Assembly (NCBI GenBank): GCA_012799455.1
Contig: JAAZLE010000014.1
Coordinates: forward strand, 42,324-106,323
Direction: 5' to 3'
DNA from: Clostridiales bacterium
GTDB taxonomy: Bacteria > Bacillota > Clostridia > Christensenellales > DTU072
Length of the DNA stretch: 64,000 nt
This document shows positions 1 through 10,680 of the stretch, one piece after another. The notes beneath the pieces are model-generated. The model worked only from the letters and a program-made list of their open reading frames with translations. It was not told where the DNA came from and searched no databases. A program made the translations under genes and the position numbers. Position 1 is the first letter of the stretch. Each line of letters opens with the position of its first letter.

Positions 1-988
1 GAATTATAAGTACTCTAACCCCTTTTGCCACCTTTTTCCCTTTAAGTATTTTAGCTGCCGCTTCAAAGTCCGAGTATCTTCCATTTGTACAAGATCCGAT
101 AACTACCTGATCAATTTTAATTTCACCAATTTTATCAAAGGTTCTTGTATTGGATGGCAAATGCGGGAAAGCAACTGTTGGTTCGATTTTGGATAAATCT
201 ATGTTATATACCTCATCGTACACCGCATCTTTATCTGCTACAAATATCACTGGTTTTTTAGTACTATGATTTTTAATGTATTCTAGTGTTATCTCATCAA
301 CTGGGAAAATCCCATTTTTAGCGCCAGCTTCAATCGCCATATTGCAAATAGTAAATCTATCATCAATGGTTAGGTTTTTAACGCCATCACCAGTAAATTC
401 CATGGATTTATACAGTGCACCATCAACTCCAATCTTTCCAATAATATGCAGTATTACGTCCTTTCCACTTACCCACTTTTGCAATTTCCCTGTTAAGTTA
501 AACTTAATTGCTGACGGCACTTTAAACCAAGCTTTACCATATGCCATGCCTACAGCCATATCAGTAGAACCTACACCTGTTGAAAAAGCTCCTAATGCTC
601 CGTATGTACAAGTATGACTATCTGCGCCAATGACTAGGTCTCCGGCAACAACTAATCCTTTTTCTGGGAGTAATGCGTGCTCGACTCCCATTTCACCTAC
701 ATCGTAGTAGTGTGTAATGTCTTTTGCATTTGCAAACTCTCTAACTATCTTTGTTTGTTCTGCTGCTTTAATATCTTTATTAGGGGTGAAGTGATCCATA
801 ACAAGTGCTATCTTATCTTTATTGAAAACGCAGTTACACCCTGCTTTTTCAAACTCTTTTATTGCAACAGGACTTGTTACATCATTCCCTAACACTAGAT
901 CTAAATCTGCCATTATTAATTCCCCAGCTACAACCTTATCCTTGCCAGCATGAGAAGCTAATATTTTTTGCGACATTGTCATTGCCAT
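1..988 (-). CDS. leuC: 3-isopropylmalate dehydratase large subunit (aconitase family); C-terminal part lies beyond position 1
   Basis: Own minus-strand translation: [43 protein letters not shown]...[29 protein letters not shown] lies 6 nt upstream of the ATG at 988. Absent from the ORF track because no stop falls inside the window. Confidence 0.88.
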   Translation of the reverse strand, partial: MAMTMSQKILASHAGKDKVVAGELIMADLDLVLGNDVTSPVAIKEFEKAGCNCVFNKDKIALVMDHFTPNKDIKAAEQTKIVREFANAKDITHYYDVGEMGVEHALLPEKGLVVAGDLVIGADSHTCTYGALGAFSTGVGSTDMAVGMAYGKAWFKVPSAIKFNLTGKLQKWVSGKDVILHIIGKIGVDGALYKSMEFTGDGVKNLTIDDRFTICNMAIEAGAKNGIFPVDEITLEYIKNHSTKKPVIFVADKDAVYDEVYNIDLSKIEPTVAFPHLPSNTRTFDKIGEIKIDQVVIGSCTNGRYSDFEAAAKILKGKKVAKGVRVLII

Positions 989-1093
989 ATGTTTCCTCCT
1001 ATGTATACTTATGTATGAATTTCATTATTTACTCATTGTGGGTTACAATAACTGTGTATTTTGTAACCTTTTCTTCGATTATATGACTATGTG

Positions 1094-2680
1094 TTAATCA
1101 TTTAAAACTGGTACGCTTTGTTTTTTATACAGATAATATTCGACTGCATCTGCTAATGCAAACCAGCTTGCCTCAATTATGTCTGTAGATACTCCAACTG
1201 TTGTCCAAATGTGTTCTCCATCTGTGTTTTCAATCAAAACTCTAACTTTTGATGCCGTTGCATGATTGCCTGCTAACACTCTAACTTTATAGTCAGTTAG
1301 ATGTATGTTTTTTAGTTCTGGATAGAAAATTGACAGTGCTTTTCTTAGCGCTATATCTAGTGCGTTGACGGGACCATTTCCCATTGCTGCAGATGTTTCC
1401 GTCCTGCCTTCTACATCGACTTTTATCAGTGCAAAAGCACTCATTTCTCCATCTGGTGAAGGATGTTCCCCTGAAGTCTTATACATGCTTAGCTTAAAAT
1501 GAGGCTTAAACCTACCAAGCGCATTCAAAACTAATAGTTCAAAACTAGCATCAGCCGCTTCAAACTGATATCCCTCATGCTCCATATCTTTTAGCATATC
1601 AAGTATCAATTTTGCCTCTGGGGAGGACTTTGTTATTTCTGGAGCAATATTCTCTAGCTTATTAATTATTGTTGTGCGACCACTCATTTCGCTCATCAAA
1701 AACTTTCTTTGATTGCCAACAGTTTCTGGATTAATATGTTCAAATGAATCACTCCGTTTATCAACACCGTCTATATGCATGCCACCTTTATGGGCAAATG
1801 CACTAGAGCCAGTATATGGCTTATTGGAAGGTGCTATTAAATTTGAGATATCGTATATTTTCATTACTGTTGAGGTAAGGTTACTTAGATCACCTTCTAT
1901 ACATGGTATCCCCATCTTAAGTTGCATATTAGGGATTAACACACTTAAGTCTGCATTTCCGCATCTTTCGCCTATGCCCACAAATGTTCCCTGAACATGA
2001 CAAGCACCAGCACTTACTGATAACATCGAAGATGCTACTGCACAATCTATGTCATTGTGACAATGTATTCCGATTCTTTTTTCTGGATATTTGTCCACCA
2101 CCTCTTTAGTTATGCTATACGCTTCTGTGGGCAAGATTGCTCCATTTGTATCACATAAAACTATTACATCTGCGCCAGCATGGACAGCCTTATCAATTAT
2201 CTTCATGGTGCACTTTTTATTGGCCTTATACCCATCAAAGAAATGTTCAGCATCAAAAATAACTTCCTTACCCTTCTCCTTGAAAAATGAAATTGTATCA
2301 TAAATCATTTCTAAGTTTTCTTCTTCGGTCGCCCTTAAAATTTCTTTGATATGCAAATCCCAACTTTTCCCAAAAATAACAACTGTAGGCGTGTCTGCTT
2401 CAAGTAGCGATATTACGTTACTATCGTCTTCTACCTTAATGCCCTTTCTTCTTGTGCTACCAAAAGCACATAAAGTTGCATTTTTTAGCTTGAGTTTTTT
2501 AACCTTTTCAAAAAACTCAATATCTTTAGGATTTGATCCTGGGTTTCCGGCTTCAATGTAGTGCACACCAAAATCATCAAGTGCCTTAACTATATTTAGT
2601 TTGTCTTGCACAGAAAAAGATATGCCCTCACTTTGTGCACCATCCCTTAATGTGCTATCAAATATTTCCATTTTTTTCAT
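1094..2680 (-). CDS. cimA: (R)-citramalate synthase (LeuA-family, CimA-type, 528 aa)
   Basis: N-terminus MEIFDSTLRDGAQSEGISFSVQDKLNIVKALDDFGVHYIEAGNPGSNPKD. The length and the C-terminal regulatory domain are typical of CimA-type rather than LeuA-type enzymes. A separate bona fide leuA lies immediately upstream. Confidence 0.78.
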   Translation of the reverse strand: MKKMEIFDSTLRDGAQSEGISFSVQDKLNIVKALDDFGVHYIEAGNPGSNPKDIEFFEKVKKLKLKNATLCAFGSTRRKGIKVEDDSNVISLLEADTPTVVIFGKSWDLHIKEILRATEEENLEMIYDTISFFKEKGKEVIFDAEHFFDGYKANKKCTMKIIDKAVHAGADVIVLCDTNGAILPTEAYSITKEVVDKYPEKRIGIHCHNDIDCAVASSMLSVSAGACHVQGTFVGIGERCGNADLSVLIPNMQLKMGIPCIEGDLSNLTSTVMKIYDISNLIAPSNKPYTGSSAFAHKGGMHIDGVDKRSDSFEHINPETVGNQRKFLMSEMSGRTTIINKLENIAPEITKSSPEAKLILDMLKDMEHEGYQFEAADASFELLVLNALGRFKPHFKLSMYKTSGEHPSPDGEMSAFALIKVDVEGRTETSAAMGNGPVNALDIALRKALSIFYPELKNIHLTDYKVRVLAGNHATASKVRVLIENTDGEHIWTTVGVSTDIIEASWFALADAVEYYLYKKQSVPVLND

Positions 2681-2707
2681 ATTATTGCCCTTATTTTTGT
2701 ATTTGGT

Positions 2708-4207
2708 TTATAAAGTTTTATTAATTGCTTTTATGTATGCAATTATGCTTGCCTCTATGATATCTGTAGATAATCCAGTACCAGTATAAATAGCATCATT
2801 AAACTTAATTCTGACGATCGCTTCACCAAGAGCATCGTTTCCATCCGTTATACTACGAATAGAATAGTCATCCAATTCTCTACCCGACCCTTTAATAATT
2901 TTATCCACCGCATTAAACGCTGCATCCACGGGACCATGCCCTAGTGCTACTTTTTCTATAAGTTGGTTATTAACTAATAATCGTACAACTGCACTAGAAG
3001 AAGATTTATTACCGCTGTTAACAGTAAATCTATCTAGCTGATATTCTTTCTCTTCATACTTATCTTCAACCCCAACGAGTGCAACTAACTCAGCATCAGA
3101 AACCTTTCTCCTTTTATCTGCAAGAGCCTTAAACTTTTCAAAAAACACATTCATTTCTTCTTCAGTTAAAGTGTATCCCAATGTGCTAAGTCTATCTCTA
3201 ATCGCATGTTTACCGCTGTGCTTTCCAAAAATCATGCTGTTAGATGGAATTCCAACTGCCTGAGGACTCATTATTTCATATGTAGCACGATTTGCAAGCA
3301 CGCCATGCTGATGTATTCCTGCTTCATGGGCAAAAGCGTTCTCGCCAACAATAGGCTTATTAATTGGAGCTCTTAATCCGAGTATTTTATACACTAGATT
3401 ACTAGTTGCATAAATCTTTTTTATGTTTACATTTAGTTCACACTGATATTTATCTTGTCTTGTTACCAGCCCCATTATCACTTCTTCAAGGGCTGCATTT
3501 CCTGCTCTTTCGCCAAGACCATTTACCGAGCATTCCACCTGATCTGCACCAGCTTCTACGGCCGCTAAACTGTTTGCTACCGCAAGTCCAAGGTCGTTAT
3601 GGCAGTGTACTGAAAACTTTGCTTTATCGGCATTTTTTACATTAGTCTTTAAATATTTTATAAGATCGTACATTTCAGTGGGAGTTGTATATCCAACTGT
3701 ATCAGGAATGTTAATAACCGTAGCACCTGCAGCGATTGCAGTTTCTACCGCTTTGACTAAAAACGGTCTTTCACTTCTTGTCGCATCTTCACATGAAAAT
3801 TCTACATTATCAACAAGATTTCTCGTATATCTTACATGCTCATCAATTACCTTCAAGACTTTTTCTTCGGTCATCTTTAACTTATATTGCATATGAATAG
3901 GCGATGTTGCTAAAAAGACATGGATTCTAGGATCTGCTCCACCCTTGACTGCTTCATATGCTAAATCTATATCCCTTTTCACGCAACGCGCAAGGCTAGC
4001 CACAGAACAATTTCTTACTTTATCTGCAATTGCTTTAACCGACTCAAAGTCACCAGGTGAGCTAGCTGCAAAACCTGCTTCAATTATATCTACACCTAAA
4101 GCCTCTAATGCCAAAGCCACTTCAATTTTTTCTGAAATGTGCATGCTACAACTTGGAGCTTGCTCCCCATCTCTTAGTGTAGTATCAAAAATCTGTATTT
4201 TTCTCAT
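2708..4207 (-). CDS. leuA: 2-isopropylmalate synthase
   Basis: MRKIQIFDTTLRDGEQAPSCSM...HCHNDLGLAVANSLAAVEAGA, with a LeuA dimerisation/regulatory C-terminus. AAGGAAGGG RBS upstream. Confidence 0.9.
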   Translation of the reverse strand: MRKIQIFDTTLRDGEQAPSCSMHISEKIEVALALEALGVDIIEAGFAASSPGDFESVKAIADKVRNCSVASLARCVKRDIDLAYEAVKGGADPRIHVFLATSPIHMQYKLKMTEEKVLKVIDEHVRYTRNLVDNVEFSCEDATRSERPFLVKAVETAIAAGATVINIPDTVGYTTPTEMYDLIKYLKTNVKNADKAKFSVHCHNDLGLAVANSLAAVEAGADQVECSVNGLGERAGNAALEEVIMGLVTRQDKYQCELNVNIKKIYATSNLVYKILGLRAPINKPIVGENAFAHEAGIHQHGVLANRATYEIMSPQAVGIPSNSMIFGKHSGKHAIRDRLSTLGYTLTEEEMNVFFEKFKALADKRRKVSDAELVALVGVEDKYEEKEYQLDRFTVNSGNKSSSSAVVRLLVNNQLIEKVALGHGPVDAAFNAVDKIIKGSGRELDDYSIRSITDGNDALGEAIVRIKFNDAIYTGTGLSTDIIEASIIAYIKAINKTL

Positions 4208-4257
4208 TTTTTCCCTTCCTTTAGTATATAATGTTTAAATTTTCTTAAGTTGTTATT

Positions 4258-5916
4258 TTAAAACGATGCTCCTTTGTCAGCAGAAGATACTAATTTAACA
4301 TATCTGCTTAAATATCCTTTCAAGTTAGCCTCAGGTTTTAATTTCATGCTCTTTTTTCTACTTTCTAATTCTTCATCCGATACATTTAAACTGATGAAAT
4401 AATTATTTATGTCAATGGTTATACTGTCGCCTTCTTTAACATATGCAATAGGACCACCTTCTCTAGCTTCTGGTGATATATGACCTATAGCAGCGCCTCT
4501 TGTAGCTCCAGAAAATCTACCATCCGTAATTAGTGCAACGTCCGCATCCAGCCCCATTCCTACGATTGCAGAAGTTGGAGAAAGCATTTCCCTCATACCA
4601 GGGCCACCTTTGGGCCCCTCATATCTAATTACGACTACATCTCCTTTCTTTATTTTTCCGCCATATATTGCGGCTATTGCGTCTTCTTCACTGTTAAACA
4701 CTCTTGCTTTTCCAGTAAATTTAAGCATTTCTGGTCTTACAGCGCTTCTTTTGACAACTGAACCATTAGGCGCAATATTACCAAATAACACAGCAAGTCC
4801 ACCTGTTTTTGCATATGGTGCTTCTACTGGTTTAATAACCGAATGGTCATACACTTTAACTTTCTCTATGTTTTCACCAACTGTTTTAGCGGTGACTGTT
4901 AAACATGTTTTATCAACGACGTTAATTTTGTCTAGTTCTTTGAAAACAGCCTGTATCCCACCAGCTCTATGCAAATCCTGTAAGTGATGAGCACCGCTAG
5001 GAGCAAGTTTGCAAAGATTAGGAACAGATTCGCTAACTTCATTTATAAACCTTAAGTCTAATGGAGCTCCCATTTCAACGCACATTGCAGCAATATGTAG
5101 CACCGTATTTGTAGAACATCCAAGTGCCATATCCATAACCAAGGCGTTTTTTATGGACTTTTCATTTATGATATCAAGAACTTTAATATCTTTTTCAAGT
5201 AATTCCATTATCTTCATACCAGTACGTTTAGCAAGTCTAATTCTTTCGGAAAATACAGCTGGCGTTGTTCCATTAGTCGGAAGAGATATCCCGATTGCTT
5301 CGGTTAAGCAGTTCATCGAGTTTGCTGTAAACATCCCTGCGCATGAGCCACATGTTGGACATGCATTATTTTCCACTCTATCTAACTCGTCTTGATCTAT
5401 AAAGCCACCTTTAAAGGCGCCAAGTGCTTCATATACGCTATTGTAATCTAAGAAGTTTCCTTGACTATCTGGTATTGATAGCATTGGTCCACCGCAAACA
5501 AATATAGATGGTAAATTCAATCTAATTGCTGCAAGCAACATGCCAGGTACAATTTTATCGCAGCTAGGAATGAATACCAGTGCATCAAAGCTATGTGCTT
5601 TGACGACACACTCTATGCTATCGGCTATTATTTCTCTTGTACATAAGGAGTATTTCATGCCTTCATGGCCCATGGCTATGCCATCGCATACACCGATAGT
5701 ATTGAATTCAAGTGGAGTCCCGCCAGCGGCAAGCACACCATCTTTAACTGCTCTAGATACTGTGGATAAATGAATATGCCCAGGTACGATTTCATTAAAA
5801 GAATTTACTATACCAATAATTGGTCTTTTAATTTGCTCGTCTGTCAATCCATCAGCTTTAAGAAGCGATCTAGATGGTGCTTTTTCTGCGCCTTTTTTAA
5901 TGTTATCTGATCTCAT
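4258..5916 (-). CDS. ilvD: dihydroxy-acid dehydratase
   Basis: 552 aa carrying IlvD/Edd family motifs ([16 protein letters not shown]). Confidence 0.95.
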   Translation of the reverse strand: MRSDNIKKGAEKAPSRSLLKADGLTDEQIKRPIIGIVNSFNEIVPGHIHLSTVSRAVKDGVLAAGGTPLEFNTIGVCDGIAMGHEGMKYSLCTREIIADSIECVVKAHSFDALVFIPSCDKIVPGMLLAAIRLNLPSIFVCGGPMLSIPDSQGNFLDYNSVYEALGAFKGGFIDQDELDRVENNACPTCGSCAGMFTANSMNCLTEAIGISLPTNGTTPAVFSERIRLAKRTGMKIMELLEKDIKVLDIINEKSIKNALVMDMALGCSTNTVLHIAAMCVEMGAPLDLRFINEVSESVPNLCKLAPSGAHHLQDLHRAGGIQAVFKELDKINVVDKTCLTVTAKTVGENIEKVKVYDHSVIKPVEAPYAKTGGLAVLFGNIAPNGSVVKRSAVRPEMLKFTGKARVFNSEEDAIAAIYGGKIKKGDVVVIRYEGPKGGPGMREMLSPTSAIVGMGLDADVALITDGRFSGATRGAAIGHISPEAREGGPIAYVKEGDSITIDINNYFISLNVSDEELESRKKSMKLKPEANLKGYLSRYVKLVSSADKGASF

Positions 5917-6070
5917 TTTCCTACCTCTATTTTATAATAAGATACCTTTTCGACAGTCTAAAAAGACAACGAATTTTAGATTTTTGTATAGTTGCAAAAT
6001 CCACTTGGCTTAATCTAGCTATAGTTAATCAGTTGCGTATTTTTGACCTAAAATAGGTAAAGAGCATAAA

Positions 6071-7171
<1,101 letters not shown>

Positions 7172-7185
7172 CTATGGCTACAAAA

Positions 7186-7719
7186 CTACACTATCAGCTT
7201 ATTGTTATCCTCTAAGCTTTCGCCGCCTCTTGCAACTGCTGTTAAGCCAGTTCTACAAAGCTCAACCACTCCAAATGGAATCATGTATTCCAAAAACGCA
7301 TTACACTTTGAAGAATCTCCCGTAACTTCTAGAGTTAATGATTCTCTGGTTATATCAACAACTTTAGCTCTAAAAATTGAGGTTGCTTCCAAAATCTCTG
7401 CTCTTTTACCTTGCGGTACCCTAACTTTAATAAGCATCAACTCTCGCATTACGGCATTTTTCATGTTCAGTATTTCCACAGTAAGAACATCATAAAGCTT
7501 TTCTAACTGTAGTTTAATTTGCTCTTTTACATACTCATCGCCCGTTGCAATAACTGTTATTCTGGAAATTTTAGAATCTAGCGTTTCACCAACTGAAAGA
7601 GAGTCAATGTTAAATCCTCTTCTTCCAAACAGTGAAGAAACTCTCGTCAAAACCCCAGCTTCATTTCTTACTAGTAGCGACATTAAAAACCTTTCTTCAT
7701 TTGCGCCTATATCTTTCAT
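7186..7719 (-). CDS. ilvN: acetolactate synthase small (regulatory) subunit
   Basis: ACT-domain N-terminus LLVRNEAGVLTRVSSLFGRRGFNIDSLSVG. The ATG at 7683 (MSLLVRNE) is an alternative start. Confidence 0.9.
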   Translation of the reverse strand: MKDIGANEERFLMSLLVRNEAGVLTRVSSLFGRRGFNIDSLSVGETLDSKISRITVIATGDEYVKEQIKLQLEKLYDVLTVEILNMKNAVMRELMLIKVRVPQGKRAEILEATSIFRAKVVDITRESLTLEVTGDSSKCNAFLEYMIPFGVVELCRTGLTAVARGGESLEDNNKLIV

Positions 7720-7744
7720 TTTTATTTCTCCATTACTTTTATGC

Positions 7745-9406
7745 TTATCTTAGTATTATATCGTGAATCGTTCCGTTTGGGGGAATCATCGGCAAAACTC
7801 TTTCATCCGGATCTATTTTTACTTCCACCAAGAATGGACCATTCCCAGATACTGATTTTTTAATTACTTTTTCCATATTATCTAAGCTATCTACCTTTTC
7901 AGCTTGAATGCCAAATGCATTGGCTAGTTTCACGTAATCTGTTTTCCTCTCAAGAGATGTATTAGAGTATCTTTTTTCAAAAAATATTGTTTGCCACTGT
8001 CTTACCATTCCAAGCGCGTCATTATTTAATACTATGATTGTTACTGGCAGATTATTACTAACTATGGTTGCCATTTCGTTCATATTCATATGGAATCCAC
8101 CATCAGATGTAAAGAGTACCGTCCTTTTGCCCGTTCCAATTGCAGCCCCAATTGCGGCACCGAGTCCGAACCCCATAGTCCCAAGTCCACCAGATGTTAA
8201 AAATGTTCTTGGGTTTTTAAACTTGTAATATTGCGCAACCCACATTTGATGTTGTCCTACATCAGTTACAATTGGATTACATGCTTTTAGATTTTTATTA
8301 ACTGCTTCTATTACAGCCTGTGGAGTAAGTTTTCCTTTTTCCATTTCCAGTCTTGAGTCGGGACAATTTCTAATTTCTTTAACTTCAGCTTCCCATTCCG
8401 GCCTATTCATTTCTGGCAACATGCCCATTAGTTTTATTAAAACTTCCTTTACGTCCCCAATTAAAGACACATATACAGGTATGTTTTTCCCAATTTCAGC
8501 TGGGTCTATATCGATATGTATAACCTTTTTTCCATCTGCAAATTTTTTCTTATTGCCTGTTGCTCTGTCTGAAAATCTAGCACCTATGGCTATGATGAGG
8601 TCTGCTTCTGCTAAAGCTCTAGTTGAACAGTATTTACCATGCATCCCCGTCATTCCAAGATATCTAGGATTATCAACACTCACGCCAGATATACCCATCA
8701 TTGAAGTGCCTATTGGAGCATCTAGCATGTCTGCAAACTTTTCGAGCTCTTTACTAGCATTTCCAGAAACAACCCCACCTCCAGCATAAATAAAAGGTTT
8801 TTTGCTGTTTTTAATGATTTCTAGTGCTGATTCAAATGCCTTTTTGCCATTTTTATGTTTTCTAGCACTTGTCTCTTTCGTCAATGGTTCATAGTCTGCA
8901 ACTGCAGTTTGTACATCTTTTGGTATATCTACAAGCACAGGTCCCGGTCTTCCTACTCTTGCATATCTAAATGCCTCTCTTAGAACGTCAGCAAGTTTAT
9001 TTACATCTTTAACCATAAAATTGTGCTTTGTTATAGGCATAGTGACACCACAAATATCAACTTCTTGGAAACTATCTCTACCTATGAATGCGGTTGCAAC
9101 ATTACCAGTTATCGCGACTAGTGGTGTAGAATCTAAATACGCGGTTGCAATACCCGTTACCAAGTTTGTAGCTCCCGGTCCTGATGTAGCAAACACAACT
9201 CCCGTTTTTCCCGTTGCTCTTGCATACCCATCAGCAGCATGTGCTGCACCTTGTTCGTGACATGTAGTAATATGATGTATTTTATCACTGTACTTATAAA
9301 TCTCATCATAGATATTAAGAACAGCTCCACCTGGATAACCAAACACGGTGTCAACATCATTCTCAAGAAGCACTTTCATAACAATTTCTGCGCCAGTTAA
9401 CTCCAT
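7745..9406 (-). CDS. ilvB: acetolactate synthase large (catalytic) subunit, ThDP-dependent
   Basis: MELTGAEIVMKVLLENDVDTVFGYPGGAVLNIYD... and GGLGTMGFGLGAAIGA. The start was chosen at the ATG at 9406, with AAGGAG 8 nt upstream. The track starts at a GTG at 9424. Confidence 0.93.
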   Translation of the reverse strand: MELTGAEIVMKVLLENDVDTVFGYPGGAVLNIYDEIYKYSDKIHHITTCHEQGAAHAADGYARATGKTGVVFATSGPGATNLVTGIATAYLDSTPLVAITGNVATAFIGRDSFQEVDICGVTMPITKHNFMVKDVNKLADVLREAFRYARVGRPGPVLVDIPKDVQTAVADYEPLTKETSARKHKNGKKAFESALEIIKNSKKPFIYAGGGVVSGNASKELEKFADMLDAPIGTSMMGISGVSVDNPRYLGMTGMHGKYCSTRALAEADLIIAIGARFSDRATGNKKKFADGKKVIHIDIDPAEIGKNIPVYVSLIGDVKEVLIKLMGMLPEMNRPEWEAEVKEIRNCPDSRLEMEKGKLTPQAVIEAVNKNLKACNPIVTDVGQHQMWVAQYYKFKNPRTFLTSGGLGTMGFGLGAAIGAAIGTGKRTVLFTSDGGFHMNMNEMATIVSNNLPVTIIVLNNDALGMVRQWQTIFFEKRYSNTSLERKTDYVKLANAFGIQAEKVDSLDNMEKVIKKSVSGNGPFLVEVKIDPDERVLPMIPPNGTIHDIILR

Positions 9407-9464
9407 ATGCATTTCTCCTTGCACTTTATTTAAATAATTTTAGTTTTTAATACCCTTAGATATT

Positions 9465-9495
9465 AAAAAACCCTCTGGCTGTTTGCCGAGGGTTT
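9465..9495 (-). terminator. intrinsic terminator (attenuator) in the ilvB leader
   Basis: Minus strand reads AAACCCTCGGCAAACAGCCAGAGGGTTTTTT: a 5+3 bp stem with one bulge and a 5-nt loop, followed by a T6 run. It sits about 60 nt upstream of the ilvB ATG. Confidence 0.7.
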
Positions 9496-9517
9496 CAAGT
9501 TATTAGTTTTAATACTT

Positions 9518-9610
9518 CTACTTTACCTTAGGCAAACAGCAAACAGCCCTATCTAGTAATAGGACGACGTTAATGCCTAAAATAATTATTGATCCGCCTA
9601 AATCAAACAT
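9518..9610 (-). CDS. candidate ilv leader peptide, 30 aa: MFDLGGSIIILGINVVLLLDRAVCCLPKVK
   Basis: Minus strand has AGGGG, 6 nt, then ATG. In codons 8-19, 10 of 12 are Ile/Leu/Val. The 3' part of the ORF (GGGCTGTTTGCTGTTTGCC) is complementary to the GGCAAACAGCC segment of the downstream terminator. Confidence 0.55.
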   Translation of the reverse strand: MFDLGGSIIILGINVVLLLDRAVCCLPKVK

Positions 9611-9642
9611 TGTTTGCCCCTATAAAAGTATATAATACATAG

Positions 9643-9672
9643 AAGTTACCATATTACGATAATTACTGTCAA
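9643..9672 (-). promoter_or_regulatory. candidate sigma-A promoter of the ilv-leu operon
   Basis: Minus strand: TTGACA, 18 nt spacer ending in TGg, then TAACTT (extended -10-like). It lies about 30 nt upstream of the leader-peptide RBS. Confidence 0.35.
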
Positions 9673-9835
9673 CAATTTATTGCCACTTCACTTAATTAAA
9701 GTTATAAATATTTAAAGATATTAGTACTTACCACAACAATTCAACATAGTATGTATGTTTTTACAAAATTAAATGCGTTTTTTTGATTTTATGTCTCTTA
9801 CATTACGTAAAAAGTCTATTCATTATTTTACTTTA

Positions 9836-10642
9836 TTATCTTAATTCAAGACCTTTTGCATTATACCAAATAAAACCGTTTTCTTTACAATATGCGTCAA
9901 TCTTTTTTTCAAGTTCTTTATTCGCACCATATTCAAGCAAATAAACCTTTAGCCCTTGTGCTTTTACTTCCATAAGGTAGTCTTGAAAATATAACGTTTC
10001 CTCAGCCGCTTGTACACCATAAGTATTATTGTCAAAATTAATGCTTGTAAAGACTGTTTCTTGATTAACACCATCAAATAACGATTTAACTTTTCTTTCT
10101 TTAATACACCTTTTAACAAAAGTATCACCGCCATTTATTATAAGCGTTAAATTGTATCTTTTTAACCCCTCCAGGATTGCACAAAGCCCATTAAATATTC
10201 CATCCGTTTTGTACTCGTAATAAACATCTGCATTATCTAAAAAAAGTCCATCTAGCCCCTTATCTGCATACTGTTTTCCTAGTTCATCTACTACAAAATC
10301 TTGCCAAATGGAGGAAGCAACATTAACCCACCTTTCGTCAGGCCAATCCTCATAAACGCCTAAGTAAAGGTCCTGAAACCTATCAAAATACGATCGATAT
10401 TCTTCAACGGCCCCAATATTTAGATACCCATATACTGTTTTCCCTTCCGCATGCAAACTATTAATTGTTTCAATGGAAAATTCAGAAGGTTCAATAACAA
10501 CAACACTATATGGCTTAAGCTTTGCTACCTCATCTTCATTTATACCAAGAAAAACACCGTAATCACCTGCCATGCTTCCACGACAGCCGCATAATATCCC
10601 CATTAAAATAACTATACAAACAAATACTAAAACTTTTTTCAT
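9836..10642 (-). CDS. GH114-like (endo-alpha-1,4-polygalactosaminidase family) lipoprotein
   Basis: Signal peptide with a Cys-containing lipobox (GILCGC). Body motifs: YGYLNIGAVEEYRSYF...WPDERWVNV...KGLDGLFLDNADVYYEY. Confidence 0.65.
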   Translation of the reverse strand: MKKVLVFVCIVILMGILCGCRGSMAGDYGVFLGINEDEVAKLKPYSVVVIEPSEFSIETINSLHAEGKTVYGYLNIGAVEEYRSYFDRFQDLYLGVYEDWPDERWVNVASSIWQDFVVDELGKQYADKGLDGLFLDNADVYYEYKTDGIFNGLCAILEGLKRYNLTLIINGGDTFVKRCIKERKVKSLFDGVNQETVFTSINFDNNTYGVQAAEETLYFQDYLMEVKAQGLKVYLLEYGANKELEKKIDAYCKENGFIWYNAKGLELR

Positions 10643-10680
10643 ACTAACTTTTTTATCTACATAAACTTATTTTTTATTAT

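Noticed and set aside
276-1086. Plus-strand ORFs 276-617, 677-892 and 862-1086
   Set aside because: They are antisense to, or overlap, the clearly recognisable leuC coding sequence and its RBS on the minus strand.
9157-9366. 69-aa minus-strand ORF inside ilvB
   Set aside because: It is an alternative frame within the well-supported ilvB coding sequence and has no independent signals.
9425-9835. T-box riboswitch upstream of ilvB, the expected Firmicutes mechanism
   Set aside because: Reading the minus strand, I found no T-box core (GGGTGGNACCGCG-like), no specifier-loop/AG-bulge architecture, and a leader shorter than typical T-boxes. The leader-peptide model fits better. This was not verified with a covariance model.
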